Part shown: positions 10,818-25,534 of the stretch, in pieces
How positions within the stretch are numbered: the first letter of the stretch is position 1
Layout of the letters: each line of letters starts with the position of its first letter
Origin: Octopus bimaculoides
Lineage: Eukaryota
Assembly (NCBI RefSeq): GCF_001194135.2
Contig: NC_068983.1
Location: 149,088,331-149,126,044 of the forward strand
Length of the DNA: 37,714 bases
Direction of reading: 5' to 3'
The notes under the pieces: generated by a model
Seen by the model: only the letters and a program-made list of their open reading frames with translations
What the model was told of the DNA's origin: nothing
The model's database searches: none
Position numbers and translations under genes: made by a program

Positions 10818-11404
10818 CTTAGAAGTGTTGTTGTTGTTGTTGTTGTTGTTGTTTAGCTATATGTCAGCTCCAGTTGAACAGATCTATAGTCAAAACTTTT
10901 CCGACCTTGACCATTCCGTCGAAATTTTAGGAATAGTCTATCTAGGACTAATCATCGAATATGCTCTTCATTTTTGGCTTATTAAGATGGTTCTGTATAA
11001 TTTGAGTGACATTTGGTTGCTATTTCTAGCAATTCAAATGGTTGGACAGAGGCTCCCTGACTGGATTGTTCATTTTCCAGTTGTTGAAGTAACTGCTGTT
11101 GTTATTTAGCGCCATGTTGAAGCTGATTTATCGAAATCAAAGACTTTCTAGCCGTGACCAACCTTAATAAATATGTACATCATTTTTAATATGGTACGAT
11201 ATCGGTTGAATGAGATTTAGCAGCAACCACGTGGAGATCCCTTTTTTTGCTCAGATTCTATCGTTGGTTCCTTCATTTTGCAGTTGCCAACACGGCTGTC
11301 ATATATTGTTAAAATTTATGGATTCAATAAGGACAACACAAGAGATGTAATCAAAAATAGAACTGAAATCACATATAATGTAATGTATACGTAAGTTTGT
11401 AGGC

Positions 11405-11790
11405 ATGCAGATCTCTGTATATATATGTGTGTATGTGTAAGTATGTATGAGCATATGTGTATGTGTGCATGTGTGTATGTGTGCATGTATGTATGTGTAA
11501 GTATGTATGTGCATATGTGTATATGTGCATGTGTGTATGTACGTATGTGTATGTATATATGTTAAGTTTTCCTGGTTTTATTTTCCGATTTTCTCACCAA
11601 TGGAAATAAAACCGGTTTCTAGGCTAAAAATAAAACTCTTTCATTGGAATTGTAGACATCAATAAGGCAATCTTGTATGCATGTATGTATGTATGTATGT
11701 ATGTATGTATGTACGTATGTACGTATGCATGCATGTATGTATGCATGTATGTATGCATGCATGTATGTATGTATGTATGTATGTATGTTT
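11405..11790. repeat. (TG)/(TATG)/(TGCA) compound microsatellites
   Basis: Tandem tracts at about 11405-11560 and 11676-11790. Confidence 0.9.
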
Positions 11791-12090
11791 ATATCTGTTC
11801 TTTTTTGTTTTCAATTATTTGAAGTTTTTCTGTAAGGATGGAACTGGTTTCTAACAAAGATACATAGCTCCATCGTTGGAATGGCAAAAACAATATCACA
11901 TTTTGGACTTCAGAAATGCCATGCATAATTTTAATGTTCTGCTTACAGATCGTATCAGCAATGCGCGTGGTAGTTGGTCGATTTCATTTTTTGAAAATCC
12001 CAGATTTTCCAGATTGTCACTCAGGTATTTACTTTCTACATCAAGTAGTATTTATACTAATGTGAATTTATAATCTGGATATAGAAGCTG

Positions 12091-12474
12091 GGTGGAGGCG
12101 CAATGGCCCAGTGGTTAGGGCAGCGGACTCGCGGTCAAAGGATCGCGGTTTCGATTCCCTGACCGGGCGTTGTGAGTGTTTGTTGAGCGAAAACACCTAA
12201 AAGCTCCACGAGGCTCCAGCAGGGGATGGTGGCAAACCCTGCTGTACTCTTTCACCACAACTTTCTCTTACTTCCTGTTTTTGTTGTGCCTGTAATTCAA
12301 AGGGTCAGCCTTGTCACACTGTGTCATGCTGAATATCCCCGAGAAATACGTTGAGGGTACACGTGTCTGTGGAGTGCTCAGCCACTTGCACGTTAATTTC
12401 ATGAGCAGGCTGTTCCGTTGATCGAATCAACTGGAACCTCGACGTCGTAAGCGACGGTGTGCCAACAACAACAC
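12091..12474 (+). mobile_element. Full-length tRNA-derived SINE (Deu/Nin-domain type, tentative)
   Basis: A box TGGCCCAGTGG, B box GGTTTCGATTCCC, central ggagtgctcagccacttgcacgttaatttc, (CAA)n tail. Possible TSD agaagctg at 12083-12090 and 12475-12482. Closely similar copy at 35705-36091. The family label is from memory. Confidence 0.9.
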
Positions 12475-12644
12475 AGAAGCTGAATTTTTCTCTATCTTTT
12501 TGATTTTCGAAGCGATAGTCAGATCAGCTGACCTCAAAGACATTACATCTATTCGAAACATATGCATGCATGCATGCATGTATGTATGTATGTATGTAGG
12601 TAGGTAGGTAGGTAGGTAGGTAGGTAGATAAGCATTATATTGGA

Positions 12645-12880
12645 CACGGACCTCGCTGGTTGGTTAAGAAGTCAAGCTTGATTCCATTTTGGGCAAGTGT
12701 CTTTTACCGTAATCTCGGGCCATTTCATGTTTTATGAATGAAATTGGATAAGCGGAAATAGTATACAACAGTGTCGGATCAATTGTACGAGTTATTCAAA
12801 AGGCCAGCTTTGTGACACACTCTGTCGGGCGTATTCTACTTGTGGATTATTATAAGACATTTTCAATCGCAGTGTTGCAC
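12645..12880 (+). mobile_element. Degenerate CORE-type SINE
   Basis: ttgggcaagtgtcttttaccgtaatctcgggcc resembles the reverse complement of the SINE at 30516-30655. Confidence 0.55.
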
Positions 12881-13168
12881 ACTGTATGCCGCATACATAT
12901 GTGCCACATATATCTGCAGGTATACCGCGCGTTATTGAGTCGAGCCAGGAAATGCTAAAATATTTAGAAAACTTGAGTGCAAAGTTAATTTATAATTGAA
13001 TGCTTTCCTGTTCGGATCGGTTGAGCATGTTTTCGTCAGTGAGTTAATTGCTTATGAATCATTCATTGCTAAAACAACTTCGTGTGTGTGTGTCACGCTG
13101 TGAGCTTGGCCATCAAAAATAACTCGAACTCCGTTCACACCTAACGTCATTTTGCAACGAAGCGTGTA

Positions 13169-13215
<47 letters not shown>

Positions 13216-13740
13216 NNNNNNNNNNNNNNNNNNNNNNNNNNNNNNNNNNNNNNNNNNNNNNNNNNNNNNNNNNNNNNNNNNNNNNNNNNNNNNNNNNNNN
13301 NNNNNNNNNNNNNNNNNNNNNNNNNNNNNNNNNNNNNNNNNNNNNNNNNNNNNNNNNNNNNNNNNNNNNNNNNNNNNNNNNNNNNNNNNNNNNNNNNNNN
13401 NNNNNNNNNNNNNNNNNNNNNNNNNNNNNNNNNNNNNNNNNNNNNNNNNNNNNNNNNNNNNNNNNNNNNNNNNNNNNNNNNNNNNNNNNNNNNNNNNNNN
13501 NNNNNNNNNNNNNNNNNNNNNNNNNNNNNNNNNNNNNNNNNNNNNNNNNNNNNNNNNNNNNNNNNNNNNNNNNNNNNNNNNNNNNNNNNNNNNNNNNNNN
13601 NNNNNNNNNNNNNNNNNNNNNNNNNNNNNNNNNNNNNNNNNNNNNNNNNNNNNNNNNNNNNNNNNNNNNNNNNNNNNNNNNNNNNNNNNNNNNNNNNNNN
13701 NNNNNNNNNNNNNNNNNNNNNNNNNNNNNNNNNNNNNNNN

Positions 13741-13773
<33 letters not shown>

Positions 13774-13776
<3 letters not shown>

Positions 13777-13935
13777 CCTGCCTTTAAGGGTCTCTATAAG
13801 ACTTAGAAAAATTGACGGACTGTTGCAATAAGTGTGTGATTCTGAGAGAGAAATATGATGAATAAAATCATAATTAATTGATCTTCTTGTATTTTCTCTT
13901 ATCCAAAGCCAGGAACTTTTCGACATCCCCTCATA
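13774..13935 (+). mobile_element. Mariner-derived MITE or internally deleted mariner
   Basis: Inverted ends gttcctgccttt (13774-13785) and aaagccaggaac (13905-13916), terminus ...ttcgacatcccctcaTA. The internal peptide KLTDCCNKCVILREKYDE* resembles the mariner C-terminus RW.KC....G.YVE. Confidence 0.7.
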
Positions 13936-15377
13936 TATGTTTATATGTGCGTACACATTTATGTATGGGCATGAGTATGATTGGGTTCTTAAAATTAATT
14001 GATTCACTTAGATACCCACCCCCTTCTAGAATGATACTTTCATTATACTATAATTACTTTCCACTCTGTTTTTGTACTTGGGTTTACATTTTCACGTCAT
14101 ATAAATTGCTACAAATATTTTCATTTATTAAAAATTTGTGTTAGGTCCATGTACGTTATAATATATTTTATCATTTATGCACGTCACATTTTTTCTCTGA
14201 AAACAATATACTTTTGGTGAAACAAACTTTCTTTTTATTATTGTATCCATATCCATGTCACGATAGATAGGTAAGCAATATAAATTTTAACCAACTTTAC
14301 ATATTTAACTGATAGAACTAACCATTATTAAATACTGCATTGTTTATTCAGACGACTTTTGTTTTCCGCATCATATGATCAACAATCACAAATTTTCCCA
14401 ATAACATTTTTATCAAAGTAAAATTTTTTCTTTTCTTCCTACGTTTTCAAAAATGTTATAATCCGCTTTTTACATAATCTAAATAAAATAAACATGAATA
14501 TTCAGACACTACATTGTTTTTTATTTACAGTATTTAATATAATGTAAATGATGAATTTTTTATAGAACAGGACACGTTAATAAATTAATTATTAGAATTT
14601 TAGTTATTGCATTTCTAATCCAGAGATGGAAAAGCACTCTGTGCACTACACAGACACGAGTATTGCCATAAAATCTCTGCACTTTTACTGTCTCATCTAT
14701 GCAGTTTATGTGCACAATTTGTGAGTGCAATAAAGATTTACACCAGTGCAAGTTGCTCGTTATTTTTTAATGCACCACACAGGTTCATGTGTACTTTTTA
14801 GTAGCAAGTGCAATGTCTGTGTCCATTTCTGTTTTAATACAATTTTAATGCTTGTTTATTTGGTATTAAAACTTTTTAAAAGCTGCTGGTGCCCTTTAAT
14901 ACTTTTCGTACATTATTCGGTGCACTGGGGATCGAAAAAGGTTGAATATGTATCATGGGTACAACTATTTGTCAAACACTCGGCCAGTTACGCTTTAAAC
15001 GCATGGGAAAGCAGCTGATTTGATTGAAAAGGGAGAATACTCATCATAGAAATCGACAAAATTTCATTTACTTTTTTACTTTATGTATGCTTGCACGTGT
15101 TTTTACACTGTTATGTATAACGCACACACACACACACACACGCACGCACACACACACACATACATACATACACACACACAAACAAAAATATACACACACA
15201 CACATGATGATGATGATGATGATTACGACGATGGCGACGACGGTTAAGATAATACCGGTAATGGTATTCTGTTATTATTCCATTCACATCTATGATGTTT
15301 TATGGGAATATTTAATAGAAACCCAGTCCTTGACTAGTACGTCATTTTATCGAACCCGGAAGAATGGAATGCACTGA

Positions 15378-15545
15378 TAATGGTGGTGGTGGTGGTGGTG
15401 GTGGTGGTGGTGGTGGGGTGCTGCTGCTGCTGCTGCTAGTGGTGTTGGTACTGGTGGTTGTGGTTTTGGTGGCGATGTCGGCGATGATGGCGGTATGATC
15501 ATGATCATCATCATCATGGTGACGATGACGACGATGATGATTTTT
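15378..15545. repeat. Compound (TGG)n(TGC)n(GAT)n trinucleotide tract
   Basis: Direct tandem triplets. Confidence 0.93.
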
Positions 15546-15879
15546 GGGGGTGACAACGACGATTTGAAAATGTAGGCAGGGTGGTGGAAGAAAGGATCAA
15601 TAAATCTAGAAGAAAGGTTAAATGAATAAAACAAAAAAGAAAGAAGCTAAGAAATGTGAAATATAAAATGACTCTGGTAGTAAAGATGCTAATGAGGTGA
15701 TTGTTAATGAAGTAGGAAGATAAAAACATGGTGGTGCAAGAGCAGAGGGGGATAACAATAACGAGATAATGACTCCAGTTGCACAACTGGATGGGGTCAC
15801 AAAGTACAGAAGCATTAAATTTAAATACAAGGTGGGAACCGCTAAGTGGTTTTTCTGTCTGCTAGAAATACACCTGAAA

Positions 15880-16110
15880 GGAGGCGAGCTGGCAGAAACG
15901 TTAGCACGCCGGGTGGAATGCTTAGCGGTATTTCGCCTGCCGCTACGTTCTGAGTTCAAATTCCGCCGAGGTCGACTTTTGCCTTTCATCCTTTCGGGCT
16001 GATAAAATAAATACCAGTTGTGCACTAGGGTCAATATAATCGACTTAATCCGTTTGTCTGTCCTTGTTTGTCCCCTCTTTGTGTAGCCCCTTGTAGGCAG
16101 TAAAGAAATA
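15880..16110 (+). mobile_element. Full-length tRNA-derived SINE with 16-bp TSD
   Basis: Head ggaggcgagctggcagaaacgttagc, B box gagttcaaattcc, tail aaagaaata. TSD agaaatac[a/g]cctgaaa at 15864-15879 and 16111-16126. Confidence 0.92.
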
Positions 16111-16600
16111 AGAAATACGCCTGAAATTTCGTAAAATCACATTCTTGTGTCATTCTAAAACATGTAGGTAGATTTTTAATCACTCTGTTGAATAATAGAT
16201 GCGATGGTCATAAATGATCGCTGGCTTGGGGCTCAACAACAGCAACTAGAACCTATAGGGCAAGTCATAATTATCTACACCTTTTGTTTTTTCAGTGTTA
16301 TGTGAATGAAACTTATGTTTCGCTTAAGATGTTGTTCTGTTGAAGGTTGTATCTGCACACTTTATTCCTACCTTTCAAAATCAATAACTGAAGCAACAGG
16401 AAAACTCTATGGATTTTGTTCATCTTGTTTAGAAATAGCAAGAAAATAGAAAAATCACTCTCATCATACCCAGGCGCTAAATACACTGTTTCAGTAAAAG
16501 TATGGTCACCGTTGGAACGCTGTTAATCATAAATCTACATCATCGGGGCTTTGTTGGGACTAAACAAAAGTAGCAGCTACAACAAATGAGTTCTGCACGT

Positions 16601-18613
<2,013 letters not shown>

Positions 18614-19070
18614 CGTGAGAGAGCAGTTTATGTGATCAAAGTGACACTGGGGGAAAATATACGAAGCCCAGTATACACATCATGACTACACGTCTGATAA
18701 GGGTACACAAGGCACGTGCATCACAACCATATGTGCGCGACATGGTGATCTCATATCAAAATAAACAGCGCATGACCTTACAGATGGGACCCAGTTAGAA
18801 TTTTTTCTTCAGGTCGAGTAGCCTATCACGCTCAAAAGGTCTCTGAATAAAGGTTATTTAAGGATGTTGAACACCCATGTTTCCAGAAGGGAATTACTCA
18901 AACCCCAAAGAAATCGTCTCAACACATGGCTATGATGCTCCCCGCTCTACTTCTGCTTCTGATCAGAGATGCACATATTATCAGCCACTAAAGGCCATGC
19001 TCAACTGGTTAAGATCAAACAACAGATAAGCAAATTTGTGGTATTCAGCAGAATATTTGCAAGTTGGTAT
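18614..19070 (-). mobile_element. Unclassified interspersed retroposon fragment whose apparent 3' tail is the adjacent (CAA)n(TAA)n tract
   Basis: Recognised from memory as an abundant octopus repeat ending ...ctgctctctcacgc followed by triplet repeats. Orientation and class are inferred. Confidence 0.5.
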
Positions 19071-20153
19071 AATATTTATTAGATTAGTGGACAGGATTAG
19101 TGTTCTGGCACATGGTTACACAACCCACAACTTACATGGTGCAGTCATTTGAAGTAGGACTTTTGGACAGGCACTCGAATAGTACAAACTTAATCGCTAC
19201 TTTTGCGTAGTCTGAATGATTTAATTAACGGTTCCCGGACAGATTATTACAAATATTTAATACAGCTATAAAAAAAAACAGTTAAATTTAGTAAGAGCAA
19301 TGAATAGAAAATATCGAGTTTAAAATGGATCTATCTGATAGACTATTAAAAGGTTTCTAAGAGAGTCAATGAAGCAGGTGTTCTATAAGCACGAAGAAAC
19401 ATCAACTGATATATGCGAGATTCGAGAAAATGAGAAAAACTAGTCAGCGTAATCGTTCAGTATTCACAGATTGCTTGAATGTGAAATATTGCTGAACAGG
19501 TTTGATTGTAATACAAATAGATTTTTTCTTATTTATCTTACTAAATGGTGGCTACGGTAAAAAAAAATAATAACAGGTCTTCTACTCTTCAACCAATGCC
19601 TCGTTAATTGAGACAAGAGAGAAGAAAAGAAATATTGCCCTCCAGTAAAGTTTAGATTAGTAAGCTGGGTGAATTTGGTGTCGATGAATCTCTGAAAAAA
19701 TTACATTTCAGCTTTGCCTATGGATTGTGCTGAAATATCAAATAACGTAAGAAATCTTATCGTAGTACCTTCGTGGTCAGGTGGTATAAGCCATTATGTT
19801 AAATTTTTACTGGAGTTTCCAGTTCTTTGCGAAACCAGTAATTCTGTCTCAAATTCTGTCTCCTCATACAGGAAGAAATATGACTGCAGCGTGAATATTA
19901 TTTATATGCAAATATATATATTTATAGGTAAATAAACGTGACACATTTGTAGATGTGGGAGTGTCGATTCGACGGCCTGATACCTCACTGTATTACATCT
20001 TATTAACCACGTATGGACGAAAGTCGAACTCAAAAAGAGTTAAACTGAAGGAGAAAATTACATACACACATATACAGAGAGAAATACGCATATCTCGTGG
20101 ACATCGGTGGCGATTTTTTCTTCCTCCGTTGTTCCCTTCTTTGAAGTTTCCTT

Positions 20154-20188
20154 GTTTCCGACGAAGAGCTCCGCTCGAAACGTCATAC
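20154..20188 (+). ncRNA. Minimal type-I hammerhead-ribozyme-like motif (Penelope type), core variant U4C
   Basis: gttt CCGACGA A GAGC tcc GCTC GAAA CGTC atac: core, 4-bp stem II, GAAA, palindromic ACGT stem III, and 3 of 4 pairs in stem I. Confidence 0.65.
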
Positions 20189-21626
20189 TCTCTCTCTTTC
20201 CTTTCTCGAGCGTCTAGTAACACTATCTGTATCACGTCCTCACGTTGTTGTTTTTTGTTATTGTTTTTTGTCTTTTTCCTTTTTTTGAACTATATATATA
20301 TATATATATATATATGACACATGTACCTCACAAGATTTACACTATAACTAGCTTTTAGAAAAGCATTTTTCACCAAAAGTACTCAACAAATATTCATAAA
20401 ATTATTAATTATTCAGGGCTGCGACCGAAGGCTATAGAGTGAAAGAATATATTTATGTGTATACACAGGTGATTGTATGTGTATAATTTTTTAATGTATT
20501 TTGTCACTTGTACTTTGTTTCTATATGCAAACACTAATGGATTTGCCTTTACCAATTCGCTTGAATCGTTTTTTTTTTTTCCTGTTACCTTTGTAGAAAA
20601 TGAATCTTTTATTGGGCTTTTTTTTCTCCATCAGTTCAACTGCTACCAAGTTCGACTTTCTTCCATGTGAAGTCAATAAAATATAATATAGTGAGGTATT
20701 AGGTCGATTGTATCAACTACACTCATTTACCTACACACCCATGAAACACCCGAGTTAGAAAAATCATTACTGTTATTGTCTTTTATTTTTTATTATTATA
20801 GTTCTTTTTCCCTTCCTTTAGTTCGTCTTTTCCTTCTGTTTGTTGTTCTCTTCTCTTTCTTCTTTCTCCTTATTTACACCGCTTTTTTCGCCTCTATTCA
20901 AGCTTACCCTCGTGTTCTCTTTCTTTCGCTTGTCCTTTCTTCTTTCACAAACGTACATTGAAACTCAGATTGTGTATATTACTTGCCACCGACTTTATAC
21001 TGTCTTCGCAACTAAAAAGACATAATTCTGTCCATTTAGTTATAAATAGGCACTACAGACTCGATACTGCTTACTGATTCCTATACTTGTTGCCAAATCC
21101 AGAACCGCATGAAATTGCTGTTTGTTGTTTGGTGAGAGTTCAAAAACTGAAACTAAGCAGCCTTCTATGTGAGAAACAGTTTTTTTATTTTATTTTAGAA
21201 AGAATTTGTGTGTTTATTTTTTACGTTTTCTCAAGTAAATTTCTCCAGATTTTTTTCTTCCTTCGATTTTCGAGCTTAACGGTGGTTAATACCTTCAGCG
21301 GAGAGTAGAATTCGATGATATTATTTATTAATGATTTATGTATTATTCATTTATTTATGATTTCATAAAGCAATCGATGCTCAGGAATCGATATCTTGTA
21401 AATACATGTGAAAACACTTACGTGTAATCAGCTTCACTGTATTTCAACGTATCTTGGCAGGTGGAAGGACATGATAACAGATAAAAATCAACAAGTAACC
21501 GCATTCATAATGCACACCGATGATCTTTGTATTGTATCAGCAAATTTCATCTCATTTCATACTAGAGTTATATTCTTGGAATTTTTATATTGGACGAACT
21601 GCATTTCAGCAAAATCTCTAGTTTAT

Positions 21627-21650
21627 ATACATACAAACATACATACATAT

Positions 21651-21716
<66 letters not shown>

Positions 21717-21725
21717 ACACACACA

Positions 21726-21757
<32 letters not shown>
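21627..21757. repeat. (TACA)/(CA)/(TA) compound microsatellite
   Basis: Direct tandem repeats. Confidence 0.95.
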
Positions 21758-21760
<3 letters not shown>

Positions 21761-23039
21761 CTTGTTCCTTAATGTAGCGAGAACACTCCAGAATTTAAGA
21801 GTTAGGATCTGTTTATCCTGAGTTCATATCTACCAAAAGTCATAAGCCAAAACATGAGTATTGGTGGATATGTTTAATCGCGGAAATACGACATAAGCGT
21901 TCATACAGCGCTCTGCCACTGTCGGTTCAATAATTCAGTCGTTTATGTGAACCAATACAAGTGATTTGCTTTCAAAACTAACATATTGATTTTTCTGTAG
22001 GCTATGCACAAGGCTTAGATTATTTACTTAGTTATTCGAAATTAGCACCAAGTAACCAACTTTGCCCGATTTCATAAAAGAAACCTAAACAAATTAGTCA
22101 TTAATTTTTTTTTATATTCTTTTTTCACTTCGAATTCGATTTTTGGTATTATTATGGAAAGAACCGTGTTTTGTCTGCGGGTATATTTAAGATGAATCTG
22201 TTCTATGAAAAATCTTATGCAGTTAAGAAAGAAGTTAAAAAGACAAGAAGAATGCAGAATACCCATACACATACATACTATACACACACCCATGCATACA
22301 TGTATATACATATGTATATATATTATATATATATGTACATATATGTATGTGTATCTGTGTGAGTGTGCATGTGTGTGTGCGTGTGTGTGTGCGCGTGTGT
22401 GACTAATCTTCAACATTAATTGTAGGAATAACATGTAAGAAAGAATGTAACAGTGAAACGATATCGCAGTGTTAAAAAAGAAAACAACATTTAAAGCCAA
22501 GTCAAAATCCATTTACCAGTACAAAATATGAAAACTTATATATCATGTTAAAAATATAAAAGAAAAAAACGTAATATAACCATATTTTTTTAATGAATAG
22601 TTTCGCCACGTAATTCCGCTGACATCTAGATTCATTGAGACTTAAAATGGTTTCAACTGTATATACGTTGCCTTACTTTCCAGTTTAAAACAAGTGTAAC
22701 TTACATAGACACGACATTTAAGTAATTGCTGGTATATTCAATACAGTGAGTATCAAAAGTTATTAGAAATAGTAATGCGAAGAGAAAAAGACAGCCTTTG
22801 CCCATAGTTTTATGTAATTTCAGTAAGAATGGGAAGACAACTTCGGAGATACTTTAGTCTTATTAGACTTCCTCTGTGAACCATAAACTTTACTGCAGTT
22901 GTCGAAATTGAGATGAACACCGTACAAAAGTGGGCTTAAAAAATAAGTATGTTTTAGGAGTCAAACTTTTGTTTTTCATGCGGATTCTGTCTCTGAGTAA
23001 TTAACTTTGAGGGTATAAATCAACAAATTTATTTTTTCG

Positions 23040-24207
23040 TTTGCATCAGTGGTTTAAACACAGTTTTGTTAAGGGAACATCTGATACTGGATCTGAATCC
23101 GTTTAACTTTTCCTTTCACATTTTTGAGAGGTCATAAGTCTTAAGAAATATGAAGAGGTGGTATTTTTTCTTCAGATTAACCATAGAAACTGAATTCTGT
23201 TTCTTCCAAGAGTCTATGAAACTTGGTTGGCTATTCTATTATATCATAATGCTTTGTAATAGTTTGACTGTACATCAGAAATAGAAAACAGCAATACTTG
23301 CAGAATCCTCCTCGAATATCCATTAACATAGCAATTACTTGAAGATCCCTGCAAAGATCCATTCGGTGATCATCGTTTTGAAATACATTAAAAAAAGATC
23401 GCCGCGTTACATTAAAGATTCTTTTAAGTGTATTGAATGAGTGGTTGGAACATATGATTTTAAATTTCCATTATGCAATAAAACATCTTTTAAACTTCGT
23501 AGTGATGAAGCTTAATAGTCGCCATTCACTTATCAGGTACCTTTCAGATAAACTTGAAAAATGTCCATTAATATCATGACAGTAACAGAGAAGACCATCA
23601 CTTTGGAATAAATTGCTAGATCAAAATTTCACTCTTGTTTTCTTCAAGCTAGTGTGTTTTAAACGAGTGGCGAGAAACCCAGCTTTATCGCTTGGAAGTT
23701 CTAAATCCTTCACAGGATCACTCAAGTTTCCTTGTGTGAAAAGAAGTAGATATACTCTCATTTGGTTCGTATTCGGAACCTGATGAAAGTTCAGAATCAA
23801 CATCGAGAATTGCATCTACGTATTTCTTTTTGATTGAAGTCGAGCTCGTCTTGAGAAAGAATAGAAACAGACAGTGTTTTCTCATGAAATGCAGATCAAC
23901 TCGCAGAATCCTAATTGAGATAAATGATTATATTTATGCTTTTTATGGAAAACATTTTAATACTAACAATGCAAAAATAGCAATCTTTAAGGTGATCTTT
24001 CTATTACCTCCAGATCATTGGCACTGAAAAATGCAGATGCCCGAAGCTTGTCTTCTGTACCGGTGGCTTGCCTTTGGTGCTCAATCAAAATAGAGGATGG
24101 TTATCATTTTAAGAACTTGTAATATATCTCCTTTGTGATTTTGTTGTGAAGCTACCATAAACATAGCAAGAAAAAGGGTCTGGGTGATTTTTGCATCTTT
24201 TTGTCAT
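23040..24207 (-). mobile_element. Decayed DNA-transposon transposase, Chapaev3 (CMC)-like
   Basis: Ordered minus-strand fragments MTKRCKNHPDPFSCYVYG, VPMIWR...KDHLKDCYFCIV, FTQGNLSDPVKDLELPSDKAGFLATRLK, EWRLL...RSLKDVLLHNGN, DLQVIAMLMDIRGGFCKYCCFLFL and IPPLHI, with many stops and frameshifts. The family name is from memory. Confidence 0.75.
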
Positions 24208-24824
24208 TTTGATAGTTTAGTTACAATATTTTATAAACTTCAAACAAAATTTTATGTAAAAATCACAAAGTTCTTGCAACACATTTATGCATTTATTAGT
24301 AAAATGAAATATTAAAATATATATATATCTAAATTGATTCTTAATTTGTAAGGGAAGGCAGTGAATTAAAAGATCAAATGACCATGTCTAAAAATGTATG
24401 ACTGTGTGTCTGTGTCTGTCTGTGTGTGCGTGCGTGTGCATGTATGTGCGAGAGAAAAAGCAAAACAGTTTCATAATCAGTAACAAAAACAAACTTTAAA
24501 TACATCTTTTTTCCCTCTGTGGTATGTTTTTGAAAATTTTAATTTTTCCTAACCACTAGTGTACATCATTGGACGTCTTAGTGAATCTGTCATCATTGTT
24601 TCAGTAAGTACGATATGTTGAAGAGGTCGAATGAAACTGAAACATTACCAGAATCGTTTCCTCCTACATGCTGCAGTTGTTAAAATAATTTTTGCTATCA
24701 AACTAATGTTGTTTATTTGTCACAGCATAAATATTTTAATTAGATTTTGAAAGCTTATGTAAACTACAAATAGATATAGACATCAGAGCTTTGGATAGAA
24801 TGCTTTGCGATATTTGATAAAGTC

Positions 24825-24900
24825 TCTCTACTCTGGGTTCAAATCCCATCGGAATCATTTTTGCCTTTTAACCCTTTTACGGTCGATAAATAAGGTACCA
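24825..24900 (+). mobile_element. Degenerate SINE fragment
   Basis: ctctgggttcaaatccc (B box) followed by tttgcctttaacccttttacggtcgataaataaggtacca. Confidence 0.65.
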
Positions 24901-25469
24901 TTCCATGGCAATGGAGTGATGGAATTATTAGACAGTCGAACGATATGTCTTGTGATATTTGTTGTCTTCTGAACTCGAATACCGCCTCTTCTCGCGATAA
25001 AAAAAACGGTGCAATTGTATTAGGAAATGTGGGTGATAGTGTCAACAATTAAAAAACTAATGGGAGCATAGTTTATTTTATGGAACGATACAAGTTTTAA
25101 GCTCACTACATCAAATATACTAACACTAGCTTAACTGTTGGTTTTCGTGTAAATGGCGTTTCTGAGTAATTAACCTCGGTAATTTGTTTTGTATCACAGA
25201 TACAGTTCACGTTTTAAGTTGGCTTTTTTTTTTTCGTTTTTATTTTATAAGAGAAAAATTATTTCAACATTTTATAACGTCTAATGTCAAGTTACAGAAG
25301 CGAATAATTTTTTTACATTGAACAAAGAGAATGTAACTCACCCTCTCAGACACATTCAGATACATAAATACACATTCATGCAAGCCCAAAGAGGGAAGAA
25401 TAATTATTATTTATTTTATGCGATGATACATGCGTTTGTGCATATGTCTGTATATATTATATATATATA

Positions 25470-25534
25470 TACGAAGTGGTGGGGTTGAAAAGTTCCTGAT
25501 TTTAAGGTATTGTGAAAGGCCTGGTTGAAGGCCC
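25470..25534 (+). mobile_element. Mariner-type terminal sequence running into a gap
   Basis: tacgaagtggtggggttgaaaagttcctgattttaagg resembles the reverse complement of the 13905-13935 terminus and follows a (TA)n run. Confidence 0.6.

Noticed and set aside
12094-12180. tRNA-like heads here and at 35707 as tRNA genes
   Set aside because: They continue into SINE bodies with tails and TSDs, and I could not see a complete cloverleaf.
13147-14007. Long ORFs spanning N gaps (also 26657-27718, 29695-30801, 34406-34918)
   Set aside because: Their length comes from N codons and microsatellites.
14560-14900. Cys/His-rich fragments suggesting a piggyBac C-terminal finger
   Set aside because: The motif is split across frames and there is no clear TTAA-flanked terminus; too weak to call.
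15347-15634. Poly-Ala/poly-His ORF resembling a transcription-factor low-complexity region
   Set aside because: It is a compound microsatellite translation with no DNA-binding domain or splice signals.
15769-16002. 77-aa ORF
   Set aside because: The second half is a SINE with a TSD (same for 35933-36361 and 35982-36242).
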